A DNA stretch of 42,602 nucleotides, taken from Gemmatimonadales bacterium. Lineage in GTDB: Bacteria; Gemmatimonadota; Gemmatimonadetes; Gemmatimonadales; GWC2-71-9. Below are positions 1-9,471 of this stretch, piece after piece. Position numbers and translations under genes: made by a program. The stretch covers positions 1 through 42,602 of the forward strand of contig JBBRGH010000001.1 of assembly GCA_038240915.1 (NCBI GenBank), read 5' to 3'. Each line of letters starts with the position of its first letter. Positions within the stretch are counted from its first letter, which is position 1. The notes under the pieces were generated by a model. The model made no database searches. It worked only from the letters and a program-made list of their open reading frames with translations, and had not been told where the DNA came from.

Positions 1-33
1 AGCCCAACGCAATGCGGGACGTCCCGGTCACGG

Positions 34-56
34 AAAAGCCCGGCGTGGTGCCGGGC
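34..56 (-). terminator. Hairpin plus U-tract downstream of tRNA-Phe
   Basis: On the minus strand the sequence reads GCCCGGC-ACCAC-GCCGGGC followed by TTTT (plus-strand stem arms 38-44 and 50-56, A-tract 34-37). It lies about 40 nt 3' of the tRNA. Confidence 0.5.
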
Positions 57-94
57 GCTTGAGCGGCTTGTGCTCGTTCTATAAAGTAGTGGTA

Positions 95-167
<73 letters not shown>

Positions 168-273
168 GCGGGGACGGGAATATAGGAAGGGTCCGGGGGC
201 CCGCCAAGGGACCGCCAGGAAACCGTTTGCCCGCCGGCGGCGTTTCCCGGGCACCTGCGTCAGGAGACCGTCC

Positions 274-861
274 ATGCCCCGCCCCGCCCTGCTCTTCACC
301 CTCTCGCTGGCCGCCGTCGTGGCCGGCGGGTTTGCCCTCGAGACCGCCAGCCGGGCCCAGGCCCAGGCGCGCGTTCCGCTGCTCAACGCCCCGGCCAGCG
401 CCCCCGCGCCGGCGCCCGACTGGCGCAACACCAGCTGGCTCAACACCGACCACCCGCTGACCCTGTCCGAGCTGCGGGGCCGGGTGGTCCTGCTCAACTT
501 CTGGGTATTCACCTGCTACAATTGCACCAACACCGTGCCCTCGCTGGTGGACTTCGACCGGAAGTACCGCGACAAGGGACTCACGCTGATCGGGATCCAT
601 ACCCCCGAGTTTCCGCCCTACGCCGGCGAGCACGACCGGGGCAACCTGGAACGGGCGCTCCAGAAGTACGGGATCGAGTATCCCAACGCCCAGGACAACG
701 ACACCAGGACCTGGGATCTGTACAACATCCGCTTCTGGCCCAGCTTCGTGCTGATCGACAAGCGGGGCAACATCCGCTATCAGGGCTACGGGGAGTTCCA
801 CCTGAACGACGGCAGCTACCACACATGGGACAAGCGGATCCAGGAGCTGCTGGCCGAATGA
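274..861 (+). CDS. Secreted thioredoxin-like thiol:disulfide oxidoreductase (TlpA/DipZ C-terminal-type redoxin)
   Basis: N-terminal signal peptide. The CxxC motif sits in 'LLNFWVFTCYNCTNTVP', followed by 'LIGIHTPEF', typical of the redoxin/AhpC-TSA fold. The stop overlaps the next start (ATGA). Confidence 0.85.
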   Translation: MPRPALLFTLSLAAVVAGGFALETASRAQAQARVPLLNAPASAPAPAPDWRNTSWLNTDHPLTLSELRGRVVLLNFWVFTCYNCTNTVPSLVDFDRKYRDKGLTLIGIHTPEFPPYAGEHDRGNLERALQKYGIEYPNAQDNDTRTWDLYNIRFWPSFVLIDKRGNIRYQGYGEFHLNDGSYHTWDKRIQELLAE

Positions 862-1217
862 GGCGGCTGACCCCCCTGCTGGCGGCCGTCCTGGTCGCGG
901 CCTGCGGCGCCTCGGAGGCGGCCTCGGTCCCGGGACCGCTCCGGGTGGTGGCGGCCGAGGCCGGCCCCGACACCCGGCTCACGCTCGAGGCCGACGCCGG
1001 CTATCAGATCAACGCCCGCCTGGCCCCGGCCCTCGAGCTGGCCGATGGCCAGGTGCTCCGCTTCGATGCCGCCGCCCGCACGGCCGACTCGGCCTATTTC
1101 GCCGAGCCGCCGACGGCGCACCTGGCCGGCCGGCACGCCGCCGTGCACGGCACCCTCCGCGCCAGTGTCTGCCAGACCGGCGAGCGCGTCTGCCGGAGCC
1201 TCACGCTGCCGATCTGA
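858..1217 (+). CDS. Lipoprotein, possibly DsbD N-terminal (alpha-domain)-like
   Basis: ATG at 858 overlaps the upstream stop. Lipobox 'LVAAC'. The C-terminal Cys pair 'SVCQTGERVC' is reminiscent of the DsbD-alpha 'C..G.C' region. The functional call is weak. Confidence 0.55.
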   Translation: MRRLTPLLAAVLVAACGASEAASVPGPLRVVAAEAGPDTRLTLEADAGYQINARLAPALELADGQVLRFDAAARTADSAYFAEPPTAHLAGRHAAVHGTLRASVCQTGERVCRSLTLPI

Positions 1218-1983
1218 ACGGGCGGCCCGCCGCCCGGACCTGTTCCACCAGCTCCTCGCGCAGCTTTCTGTCCTTGAGCCGTTCCGCGGCCCCGAGAAAG
1301 GCACGGGCAAGGGCGACATCCCCCTGCCCCGCCGGACCGCCGTCCGCCGGCGGCGCCAGCCGCGGGATCGCGTCGCGGTAGACGGCGCGAATCTCCTCCT
1401 GCCGGCCGCCCGCTACCGCCACGTCGAGCCGGGCGAGCAGGCCCCGCCGCGGATCACGCCGCTCGATCTCGCGGGCCTGCGCCCGGGCGCCGTCGCGGCT
1501 TCCGCCGACGATCCGCGGCGCCTGCAGCAGGAACTGGAGCAGCGTGGCCCGGGCATCGAGGTTGTCCGGGTCGAGAACGATGGCCCGCTCCACCGCCGCC
1601 CGGCCCTGCTTCACCCTGCCGATGGCGCCGAGGCCAGGCCGGTCGCGGGCGTGGCTGAGGTAGGCCTGCCCCACCACCAGCTGGACGGCGGCGCGGTCGG
1701 GCGCCAGCGCCCGCGCGGAGTCGGCCGCCGCCACCCCGGCGTCGTAGTCGCGCGCCGCCATCGCGGCGATGGCCCGGCGGATCCAGGGCTCGGGATCACG
1801 GTGGCCCGGTCCGGCCGCGGCCCGGGGCGGGATGGGCAGCTCGCCACGCGGGGGCCGGACGGGCCCCTGCGGAACGGCCAGCTCGCGACCCCCGCCCTGG
1901 GCCGCGGCGGCCGGGACCCGGAAGAGGACGAGCGCGAGGATCCCGCCGAGCCAGAGGGCAGGGCGAGCGGCGAGTCGGGACAT
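1201..1983 (-). CDS. Secreted TPR-like repeat protein (hypothetical)
   Basis: ATG at 1983 is preceded by GGAGG. Signal-peptide-like '[21 protein letters not shown]' is followed by helical repeat-like sequence. An alternative upstream ATG lies at 2013. Confidence 0.6.
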   Translation of the reverse strand: MSRLAARPALWLGGILALVLFRVPAAAAQGGGRELAVPQGPVRPPRGELPIPPRAAAGPGHRDPEPWIRRAIAAMAARDYDAGVAAADSARALAPDRAAVQLVVGQAYLSHARDRPGLGAIGRVKQGRAAVERAIVLDPDNLDARATLLQFLLQAPRIVGGSRDGARAQAREIERRDPRRGLLARLDVAVAGGRQEEIRAVYRDAIPRLAPPADGGPAGQGDVALARAFLGAAERLKDRKLREELVEQVRAAGRPFRSAA

Positions 1984-2102
1984 CGGCGGACCTCCACGGC
2001 GGTGAGCGGACATCGTCTGTTGTACGGCGGAAACGGCCGATGGATCCCTGCCGCCTCCCGACGCCCCTAGAAGGAAGGGCAGCCCCCCCGCATATTGGTC
2101 GC

Positions 2103-2753
2103 ATGCCGGCCCCCGAGTTCGCCAACCTGACCGTGCTCGATCATCCGCTGATCCAGCACAAGCTGTCGATCCTGCGCGATCGGAAGACCAGCACCCGCGA
2201 CTTCAAGCAGCTGGTGAGCGAGATCGCGATGCTGATGGCCTACGAGGCCACCAAGGACCTCGCCACCGAGCCGGTCGAGATCGAGACGCCGCTCGAGCGG
2301 ATGACCGGCCGCATGGTGTCGGGCAAGAAGCTGACGCTGGTGCCGATCCTCCGGGCCGGGCTGGGAATGGTCGAGGGGATCGCCCAGCTGATTCCGTCGG
2401 CCCGGGTGGGGCACATCGGGCTCTACCGCGACCACGACACGCTCAAGCCGGTGGACTACTACTTCAAGATCCCGGCGGCCGAGGTCGAGCGCGACTTCTA
2501 CCTGCTCGACCCGATGCTCGCCACCGGCGGCTCGGCCGTGGCGGCGGTGGGCGCGCTCAAGGAGGCCGGCGCCCGGCGGATCCGCTTTCTCTCGGTGGTG
2601 GCCGCGCCCGAGGGGATACGCCGGATGCTCGAGGCCCACCCCGACGTCCACATCTTCACCGCCGCGCTCGACCGCCAGCTCAACCAGCTGGGCTACATCC
2701 TGCCCGGCCTGGGCGACGCCGGCGACCGCCTGTTCGGCACCCGGCACCTCTGA
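2103..2753 (+). CDS. upp: Uracil phosphoribosyltransferase
   Basis: '[16 protein letters not shown]', '[11 protein letters not shown]', the PRPP-binding '[12 protein letters not shown]' and the C-terminal '[16 protein letters not shown]' are hallmark Upp motifs. Length 216 aa. Confidence 0.93.
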   Translation: MPAPEFANLTVLDHPLIQHKLSILRDRKTSTRDFKQLVSEIAMLMAYEATKDLATEPVEIETPLERMTGRMVSGKKLTLVPILRAGLGMVEGIAQLIPSARVGHIGLYRDHDTLKPVDYYFKIPAAEVERDFYLLDPMLATGGSAVAAVGALKEAGARRIRFLSVVAAPEGIRRMLEAHPDVHIFTAALDRQLNQLGYILPGLGDAGDRLFGTRHL

Positions 2754-2780
2754 GCCCTCACCTCCGTCCCGGACCGATCC

Positions 2781-4172
2781 GTGACCGGTATTCGTCTGAC
2801 CTTCTGGGGCGCCGCGGGGCAGGTCACGGGCTCGATGCACCTGCTCGAGGCCGCGGGCGCGCGCTTCCTGCTCGACGCCGGCCTGTTCCAGGGCCGCCGG
2901 GCCGAGGCCCATGAGCTCAATGCCCGGCTGCCGTTCGATCCCCGGCGGCTCGACGGCGTGGTCCTGAGCCACGCCCATATCGACCACGCGGGGCGGCTGC
3001 CGCTGCTGGTGCGCCACGGCTTCCACGGCCCGATCTACACCACCCCGGCCACCCGCGATCTCTCCGCGGTGATGCTGCCGGACGCGGCCCACATCCAGGA
3101 GAAGGACGCCGAGTACCTGTCGCGCCGGGGCACGGCGGGGCCGGAGAGCGAGCCGCTCTACAACCTGGCCGACGCGGTCGCGGTGCAGGAGCTGATGATC
3201 GGTGTGCCCTACCGCCGGATCACCCACCTCCGGAAGCACCTCGCCGTCGAGCTGGTCGAGGCCGGGCACATCCTCGGCTCGGCGTCGGTGGACCTCCGGA
3301 TCAGCGAGGGCGTCAACCACCGGATCGTCTTCTCGGGCGACATCGGCCGGACCGGGCTGCCGATCGTCCGCGATCCCGAGCCGCCGTCGGGGCCGATCGA
3401 CACCCTGATCGTCGAGTCCACCTACGCCGACCGCGACCACGAGTCGGTGACCGGCGCCGAGGAGCGGCTGGGCGAGGTGGTCCGGCGGACCGCGGCCCGG
3501 GGCGGCAAGGTGCTGATCCCGGCCTTCGCGCTCGGCCGGGTGCAGGAGATCGTCTACAGCCTGCACCAGCTCCACCGGGCGGGGCGGATCCCCGACCTGC
3601 CGATCTACGTGGACAGCCCGCTCGCGGTGGATACCACCACGGTGTTCCGGCTGCACCCCGAGGTCTTCGACGCCCGCGAGCGGCTGGTGGGCGAGACCAA
3701 TGCGCTGTTCGACTTCTCGCTGGTCCGCTACGTCCGCACCGTGACCGACTCCAAGGCGCTCAACCAGCTCAACGGCCCCGCCGTCATCATCGCCGCCAGC
3801 GGGATGGCCGAGTCGGGCCGGATCCTCCACCACCTGGCCCACGGTCTGGGCGACCACCGGAACCTGGTGCTCTTCGTCGGCTTCCAGGCGGAGCACACGC
3901 TCGGCCGCCGGCTCCAGGCGGGCGAGGAAGTGGTGCGGATCCTGGGGCAGGAGTATCCCCGGCGGGCGGAGGTCGAGACCATCGGCGGCTACTCGGCCCA
4001 CGCCGACCGGACGGAGCTCCGGGCCTGGGTCCGCCGGCTGGGCGGCCCGATCCGCCGCGCCTTCGTGGTCCACGGCGAGCCGCCCGCCCTGGCGGCGATG
4101 GCCGCCATCCTCCGCCAGGAAGGCGTACGGGAAGTGATCCAGCCGACGCACGGCCAGGCGTTCGACCTCTAG
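2781..4172 (+). CDS. MBL-fold metallo-hydrolase, beta-CASP RNA-metabolising family
   Basis: GTG start. Metallo-beta-lactamase motif 'LSHAHIDHAGRLP', a beta-CASP region and C-terminal 'GYSAHAD'. About 463 aa, as is typical for this family. Confidence 0.88.
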   Translation: MTGIRLTFWGAAGQVTGSMHLLEAAGARFLLDAGLFQGRRAEAHELNARLPFDPRRLDGVVLSHAHIDHAGRLPLLVRHGFHGPIYTTPATRDLSAVMLPDAAHIQEKDAEYLSRRGTAGPESEPLYNLADAVAVQELMIGVPYRRITHLRKHLAVELVEAGHILGSASVDLRISEGVNHRIVFSGDIGRTGLPIVRDPEPPSGPIDTLIVESTYADRDHESVTGAEERLGEVVRRTAARGGKVLIPAFALGRVQEIVYSLHQLHRAGRIPDLPIYVDSPLAVDTTTVFRLHPEVFDARERLVGETNALFDFSLVRYVRTVTDSKALNQLNGPAVIIAASGMAESGRILHHLAHGLGDHRNLVLFVGFQAEHTLGRRLQAGEEVVRILGQEYPRRAEVETIGGYSAHADRTELRAWVRRLGGPIRRAFVVHGEPPALAAMAAILRQEGVREVIQPTHGQAFDL

Positions 4173-4189
4173 CGCGAGCACTCCCGGCC

Positions 4190-4795
4190 GTGCCGCGCCC
4201 CCTCCGCCACGCCCTGGTGCTCCTGGTGCTCGCCGGCGTCATCGTCTACACCGTCGCCCTGGTCATGGTGCTGGTGACGAGCCAGCAGGACCAGCGCCAG
4301 CCCGCCGACGCCATCGTGGTCCTGGGCGCGGCCCAGTACAACGGGCGGCCGTCGCCGGTGCTCCGGGCCCGGCTCAACCAGGCCCTGGGACTCTACCGCG
4401 AGGGGCTGGCACCGCTGGTGATCGTCACCGGCGGCGTGGGCCGGGGTGACACCACCAGCGAGGCGGCGGTCGGCCGGCGCTACCTGATCGCCCATGGCGT
4501 GCCCGACCCGGCGGTGGTGGCCCAGAGCGAGGGCCGCACCACCATGTCCTCAATGACCGCGGTGACCGGCTGGCTCCACGACCGGGGACTCCGCCGGGCG
4601 CTGCTGGTGAGCGACCCGTTCCACATGTTCCGCCTCCGGCTCGAGGCCCGACGCACCGGCCTCGAGGCGTACACCTCACCCACCGACAGCAGCCCCATCT
4701 CCGACAACCCCGTCCTCGAGCTCCGCTACCTCTTCGCCGAGGGATTCAAGATCCCGGTGGCCTGGGTGCGAAGCTGGTCACCGCCATGGCTCTGA
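4190..4795 (+). CDS. YdcF/ElyC-type DUF218 membrane-anchored protein
   Basis: N-terminal TM helix. 'IVVLGAAQYNGRPSPVLRARL', 'VIVTGG' and 'LLVSDPFHMFR' match the DUF218 pattern. Confidence 0.8.
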   Translation: MPRPLRHALVLLVLAGVIVYTVALVMVLVTSQQDQRQPADAIVVLGAAQYNGRPSPVLRARLNQALGLYREGLAPLVIVTGGVGRGDTTSEAAVGRRYLIAHGVPDPAVVAQSEGRTTMSSMTAVTGWLHDRGLRRALLVSDPFHMFRLRLEARRTGLEAYTSPTDSSPISDNPVLELRYLFAEGFKIPVAWVRSWSPPWL

Positions 4796-5328
4796 TCTCC
4801 ACCGAACGCCTGTACACCGGCCGGATCGTCAACCTCGACGCCGACACGGTCCGGTTTCCCAACGGCTCCTCCGGCCGGCTGGAGATGCTCCGGCACCCCG
4901 GCGCCTCGGCGGTGCTGCCGTTCGTCGACGATCCCGCCGCGCCCGATCCGCGGGTCATCCTGCTCCGGCAGTTCCGCCACGCGGCCGAGGGGTACATCTG
5001 GGAGGTGCCGGCCGGCCGGCTCGACGCGGGGGAGTCACCGGAGACCTGCGCGAGACGCGAGCTGGAGGAGGAGACCGGGTACCGGGCCGGACGGCTGGAG
5101 CGGCTCACCACCATCTACACCACACCCGGCTTCACCGACGAGCGGATCCACCTGTTCCTGGCCCGCGACCTCGAGGCGGGTGCCCACCACCGGGAGGTGG
5201 ACGAGTTCATGGAGCTGCACACCCTGCCCTGGTCGCGGGTGCAGGCGATGATGGGCGGGGGGGAGATCGCGGATGCGAAGACCTTAACAACTCTTCTCTT
5301 TGTTCAATGTTATCGCATGAATCCTTGA
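4786..5328 (+). CDS. NUDIX hydrolase (ADP-ribose pyrophosphatase-like)
   Basis: Nudix box 'GRLDAGESPETCARRELEEETGY'. 180 aa. The start overlaps the upstream gene by 10 nt. Confidence 0.85.
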   Translation: MALISTERLYTGRIVNLDADTVRFPNGSSGRLEMLRHPGASAVLPFVDDPAAPDPRVILLRQFRHAAEGYIWEVPAGRLDAGESPETCARRELEEETGYRAGRLERLTTIYTTPGFTDERIHLFLARDLEAGAHHREVDEFMELHTLPWSRVQAMMGGGEIADAKTLTTLLFVQCYRMNP

Positions 5329-5332
5329 ACAT

Positions 5333-6049
5333 TTGAACGGCGCCTTGTACATTGCCATGGCCGGTTCGAGTGAACTTGCCTGGCTCGTTGTCCAAGGTTT
5401 GCCCGCCTCGCGGGCAGGGGAGGGCGCCGTGGAAGTGGCACAGCGATGGGGCAGTCCGGTGGGGGTGGCGCGGGCAGTGCCGGACAGCGCGGAATTGGTG
5501 GCCGCGCACCTCGCCGGCGATTCGCGCGCGTTTCAGGAACTGGTGGGGCGCTACCGCAGCCGGCTGCTCAACTTCGTCCACCGGATGATCGGGGACCGGG
5601 AGCGGGCCGAGGACCTGGTGCAGGAAGCCTTCGTCCGGGTCTACCGGCACCTCCACCGGTTCGACCCGACCAAGAAGTTCTCGACCTGGATCTACACCAT
5701 CGCGTCCAACCTGGCCAAGAACGAGCTCCGCAACCGGAGCCGGAGCCCGCTGGTGTACTACCAGTCGCTCCGTCCGCCCGGCGAGGAGGACCAGCGCCCG
5801 CTCCAGTTCGAAGACGTGAGCACCCGGCCGGACGACATGTACGCCAACCGGTACCTCCGGGAGATGGTGGATGCCACCGTGGCCACGCTCTCGCCGCACC
5901 ACCGCGAGGTCTTCGTCATGCGCGAGCTGGAGGGCCGGAGCTACGAGGAGATCGCCCAGCTGACCCACTGTCACCTGGGCACGGTCAAAAGCCGGCTCAA
6001 TCGCGCCCGGCACGCCTTCGCGGAGCGGATCGCGCCCTATCTCGACTGA
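5333..6049 (+). CDS. ECF-type RNA polymerase sigma-70 family factor
   Basis: Region 2 'DLVQEAFVRVYRHLHRFD...FSTWIYTIASNLAKNELR' and region 4 'REVFVMRELEGRSYEEIAQLTHCHLGTVKSRLNRAR'. The true start is uncertain: ATG 5333 or 5357, or in-frame GTG at 5429/5459. An AT-richer promoter-like stretch spans 5290-5355. Confidence 0.82.
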   Translation: MNGALYIAMAGSSELAWLVVQGLPASRAGEGAVEVAQRWGSPVGVARAVPDSAELVAAHLAGDSRAFQELVGRYRSRLLNFVHRMIGDRERAEDLVQEAFVRVYRHLHRFDPTKKFSTWIYTIASNLAKNELRNRSRSPLVYYQSLRPPGEEDQRPLQFEDVSTRPDDMYANRYLREMVDATVATLSPHHREVFVMRELEGRSYEEIAQLTHCHLGTVKSRLNRARHAFAERIAPYLD

Positions 6050-6100
6050 CGGCGGCGGCGGCCGACTAGTCCCGCTCCGCCGTCCCGCCTACAATTCGGC

Positions 6101-7156
6101 ATGCCCGCCCACACGTACGACGCGCTGCTCCGCTCGCTCCCGAAGGGCGAGCTGGCGCCGGTCTACTACCTGCACGGCCCCGAGGACATCCTGAAGGACG
6201 AGGCGGTCCAGGCGATCGTGGAGAAGGCCCTCGACCCCGCGCTCCGCGATTTCAACTTCGATCAGCGCTTCGCCGGCCAGCTCGACCCCGAGGCCATCTT
6301 CTCGCTCTGCACCACGCTGCCGATGATGGCCGAGCGGCGGGTGGTGGTGCTGCGCGAGGTCGAAGGCTGGAAGCGGAAGCCCAAGGCGCGCGCCGCCTTT
6401 CTCAAGTACCTCGAGCGGCCGGCGGCGGAGACCGTCGTCATCCTGGTGCAGGGCGCCGCCGAGGAAACGGAGGACAAGGAGCTGGTGCGCGGCGCCTTCG
6501 CGGTGGCCTGCGAGCCGCTCCCGGCCGAGCGGGCGCGCCGGTGGTTGCTGCGCCGGGCCGGCGCGCTCGGCGTCACCCTGGAGGAAGCGGCGACCGACCA
6601 TCTGCTGGCCGTCACCGGCGGCGAGCTGGGCGGCGTGGCGGCCGAGCTGCAGAAGCTGGCCGCGTTGCCGGCGGGCGCCCCGCTCACCGTCGAGCAGGTC
6701 GGGGCGCTGGTGGGGGTCCGCCACGGCGAAACGATCTACGACTGGCGCGACGCGGCCCTCGACGGCGACGCGGGACGGGCGGCGCGGCTGGCCGGCCCGC
6801 TGCTCGATCAGCCGGGCGTCAGCGCCGTCAAGCTGGTGACGCTGATCGGCACCAGTCTGGCCGGCGTGGGGCTGGCGCGCAGCATCTACGACCGCGGGGT
6901 GCGCGGAGGCCGGCTCGACGCGGCCGTGTTCGACCGGATGCGTCAGCTCCGCCTGTTCGGACTGCCCGACTGGAAGGCCGAGAGCGCGCGGTGGGCCCGC
7001 TGGGCGGCGGCGTGGCCGGCCGGGCGGGTGCGCGACGGGTTCCGGGCCGCCCGCGATGCCGACGTGGCCCTCAAGAGCACGACCATCTCCGGCGAGGAGG
7101 CCATCCTGGCGGATCTCGTGCTCCGGCTCGGCCAGCGACAGGTGGTGGCGGCATGA
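6101..7156 (+). CDS. holA: DNA polymerase III subunit delta
   Basis: N-terminal 'PVYYLHGPEDILKDEA', 351 aa, helical C-terminal domain. This is the typical HolA layout. Confidence 0.82.
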   Translation: MPAHTYDALLRSLPKGELAPVYYLHGPEDILKDEAVQAIVEKALDPALRDFNFDQRFAGQLDPEAIFSLCTTLPMMAERRVVVLREVEGWKRKPKARAAFLKYLERPAAETVVILVQGAAEETEDKELVRGAFAVACEPLPAERARRWLLRRAGALGVTLEEAATDHLLAVTGGELGGVAAELQKLAALPAGAPLTVEQVGALVGVRHGETIYDWRDAALDGDAGRAARLAGPLLDQPGVSAVKLVTLIGTSLAGVGLARSIYDRGVRGGRLDAAVFDRMRQLRLFGLPDWKAESARWARWAAAWPAGRVRDGFRAARDADVALKSTTISGEEAILADLVLRLGQRQVVAA

Positions 7157-8160
7157 GGACACTGCTTCGCGGCCTGGCCGCCGCGCTCCTCGGCCTGGGC
7201 GCCGCGGGCAGCGCGCTCAGGGCGCAGACCGATCCGCGGCTGGTCGCCGCGGTGCGCGCCGCCCAGGAAGGCGGGGGCGACTCGGCCCGCACCAGCGTCG
7301 AGCGGCTCCTCGCGGCCACGCCGCCTGGCGACACGCTCTATCCCCAGATCCTCTACACCCAGGCCATGGTGGCCGGCACCGCGGGCGACATGCGGCGCCT
7401 GCTGCAGCGGGTCTCGGTCGAATACGTCACCTCGAGCTGGGCCGACGACGCCCTGCTCCGCCTGGTACAGTTGGACTACGCGGTCCGGAACTTCGACGGC
7501 GCCGGCCGGAACCTCGAGCGGCTCAAGGTCGATTTCCCGGTCTCGCCGCTGCTGGCCCAGGCCGCCTACTGGGCAGGGCGGACCTACTTCGACTCGAACA
7601 ACCCGGCGGCCGCCTGCCGCTGGCTGGCCGACGGGATGGCGCAGGCGCAGAACGACGTGGAGCTGCAGAACCAACTCAGCTATCTCTACCAACGCTGCGA
7701 TCTCCGGGCCGACACCGGGGCCCAGACCGCCACCGCCGACAGCGCCCGGATCGACTCGGGCGCGGCGGGCACGCCAGGAGCGGCGAGTACCGGGGCACCG
7801 CCGCTCACCTCGGGATCGCCGTCACCCACGGCGACTCCGACGCCGGCCCCCACGGCGCCGACGCCACCGGCGGGAGCCACTCCCGCGCCGACGCCCACAC
7901 CCGTGGCGCCCTCGCCCGCGGGGACCCCCCCGGGCCGGACGATCTACCGGGTGCAGGTTGCCGCCCTCGGTACCCGGAAGGGCGCCGATGAGGCGGCGCG
8001 GAAGGCCCGCGGACTGGGGCTGACGGTCGTGACCGTGGAAGAGAAGGGCCTCTACAAGGTGCGGGCGGGCGCCTACCCCACCCGCGAGGCGGCCCAGAAC
8101 GCCGCCGCGAGCCTCAAGGCCCGGCTCGGCGGCACGCCCTTCGTCATCGCGGAGCCCTGA
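7153..8160 (+). CDS. Secreted TPR-like / SPOR-domain protein
   Basis: ATGA overlap with holA. Signal peptide, a Pro/Thr/Ala-rich linker and a C-terminal SPOR-like 'YRVQVAALGTRKGADEAARKARGLGL...LYKVRAGAYPTREAAQNAAASLK'. Confidence 0.8.
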   Translation: MRTLLRGLAAALLGLGAAGSALRAQTDPRLVAAVRAAQEGGGDSARTSVERLLAATPPGDTLYPQILYTQAMVAGTAGDMRRLLQRVSVEYVTSSWADDALLRLVQLDYAVRNFDGAGRNLERLKVDFPVSPLLAQAAYWAGRTYFDSNNPAAACRWLADGMAQAQNDVELQNQLSYLYQRCDLRADTGAQTATADSARIDSGAAGTPGAASTGAPPLTSGSPSPTATPTPAPTAPTPPAGATPAPTPTPVAPSPAGTPPGRTIYRVQVAALGTRKGADEAARKARGLGLTVVTVEEKGLYKVRAGAYPTREAAQNAAASLKARLGGTPFVIAEP

Positions 8161-8169
8161 CCGACCCAC

Positions 8170-9471
8170 ATGCGCCCCCGCTCCCGCCGGCCGAGCCGCC
8201 CGCGGGCGCCGCTTGTGGCGCTGGTCGCCGGCGGCGCCCTGGCGGTGAGCGCGGTGGCGCTCGGGTGTACGTCGGGAGCGGGACGCGGGACCGGTGGCGT
8301 CCCCGAGCCGCGGCGCTCCCTCTGCCTCATCGCCAGTGACAGCGCAGCGGCCGACGTGGCCGGCGCGGAGCCTCTCCCGGCCGACCGCGCCGGCGCCACG
8401 ACCTCCCCCGAGATCACCGCCGCCTTCGACGACAGCGCCGACGCGCGCCGCGCGCTACTGGCCGCGTCGCGCCTGGCGCCGCTCCGCCTCGACTGCGAAG
8501 GGCAGCCGCGCCCGGGCCTGGCCAGGTCCTGGTCGCGGGACACGTCGGGGAGCTTCTGGACCCTGGTGCTCGATCCGCGAACCGATTCGACCGACAGCCT
8601 GCGCTGGACCGCGTCCACGCTGGCCGCGACCTGGCGAGCCGATCCACCGGCCCGCGCCGCGCTCCAGTGGGCCGGCGTGCGGTCGCTGGTCCCGCTCGAC
8701 GACCGGCGGCTGGTGGCCGGCCTCACGACCCCGTCGCTCGACCTGCCGGCCGTCTTCGCCGACCGGACGCTCGCCGTACCGAACGCCGCCGCCATCCGGA
8801 TGACGCTGTCTCCGCCGGGGTCGGGCGACCTGCGCGACGCGATCGACCAGGGCACCAACCTGGTCCAGAGCCGCGATCCCGACCTGCTCGACTACGCCCG
8901 GCGCCGTCCGGGGCTGACGGTCGCACCGCTGCCCTGGGATCGGACTTACGTGCTGGTGCTGCCGGCGTGGAGCACGGCCGTCCGGGCCGCCCTTCCCGCG
9001 GACACGGCCGCGTTCCAGGCCGCCCTTGCGGGCGATGCCGTGCGCGGCGACGCCCGGGCGGCGGCAGGCCCGTTCTGGTGGGAGGGTCTGGCGGCGTGCC
9101 CGATGCCACGTTCGCCGCAAGCCCGGGCGGCGTACGAGGACGCCATCGGCTATCCCACCGGCGACGCCATCGCCCGCGCGCTCGCCGAACGGATCGTGGC
9201 ACTCGCGGGGGCGGGCGTCGGTTCGGCCGCCGCGCTGACCGCCCGCGCGATCCCGGGCGGGAGGCTGACCGCGACGGTGCGCCAGGGAGACCTCCGGGGC
9301 TACGTGCTCCGCCTGCCGCGCCACGCGCCCGTGCCGTGCCGCGAGGCCTCGGTCTTTCCGCCCGATGCCGCGATCGTGCCGCTGGTGGACAGCCGGCCCT
9401 CGGCCGTGCTCCAGCGCGGGACGCCCGCACTGGCCGTCGAGTGGGACGGCGCGCTCCGCCCGGCACCATGA
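8170..9471 (+). CDS. Lipoprotein with weak resemblance to family-5 periplasmic solute-binding proteins
   Basis: Lipobox 'VALGC'. 'LRLDCEGQPRPGLARSWSRDTSGSFWTLVL' resembles the SBP_bac_5 N-terminal region. The stop overlaps the kinase start (ATGA). Confidence 0.55.
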   Translation: MRPRSRRPSRPRAPLVALVAGGALAVSAVALGCTSGAGRGTGGVPEPRRSLCLIASDSAAADVAGAEPLPADRAGATTSPEITAAFDDSADARRALLAASRLAPLRLDCEGQPRPGLARSWSRDTSGSFWTLVLDPRTDSTDSLRWTASTLAATWRADPPARAALQWAGVRSLVPLDDRRLVAGLTTPSLDLPAVFADRTLAVPNAAAIRMTLSPPGSGDLRDAIDQGTNLVQSRDPDLLDYARRRPGLTVAPLPWDRTYVLVLPAWSTAVRAALPADTAAFQAALAGDAVRGDARAAAGPFWWEGLAACPMPRSPQARAAYEDAIGYPTGDAIARALAERIVALAGAGVGSAAALTARAIPGGRLTATVRQGDLRGYVLRLPRHAPVPCREASVFPPDAAIVPLVDSRPSAVLQRGTPALAVEWDGALRPAP

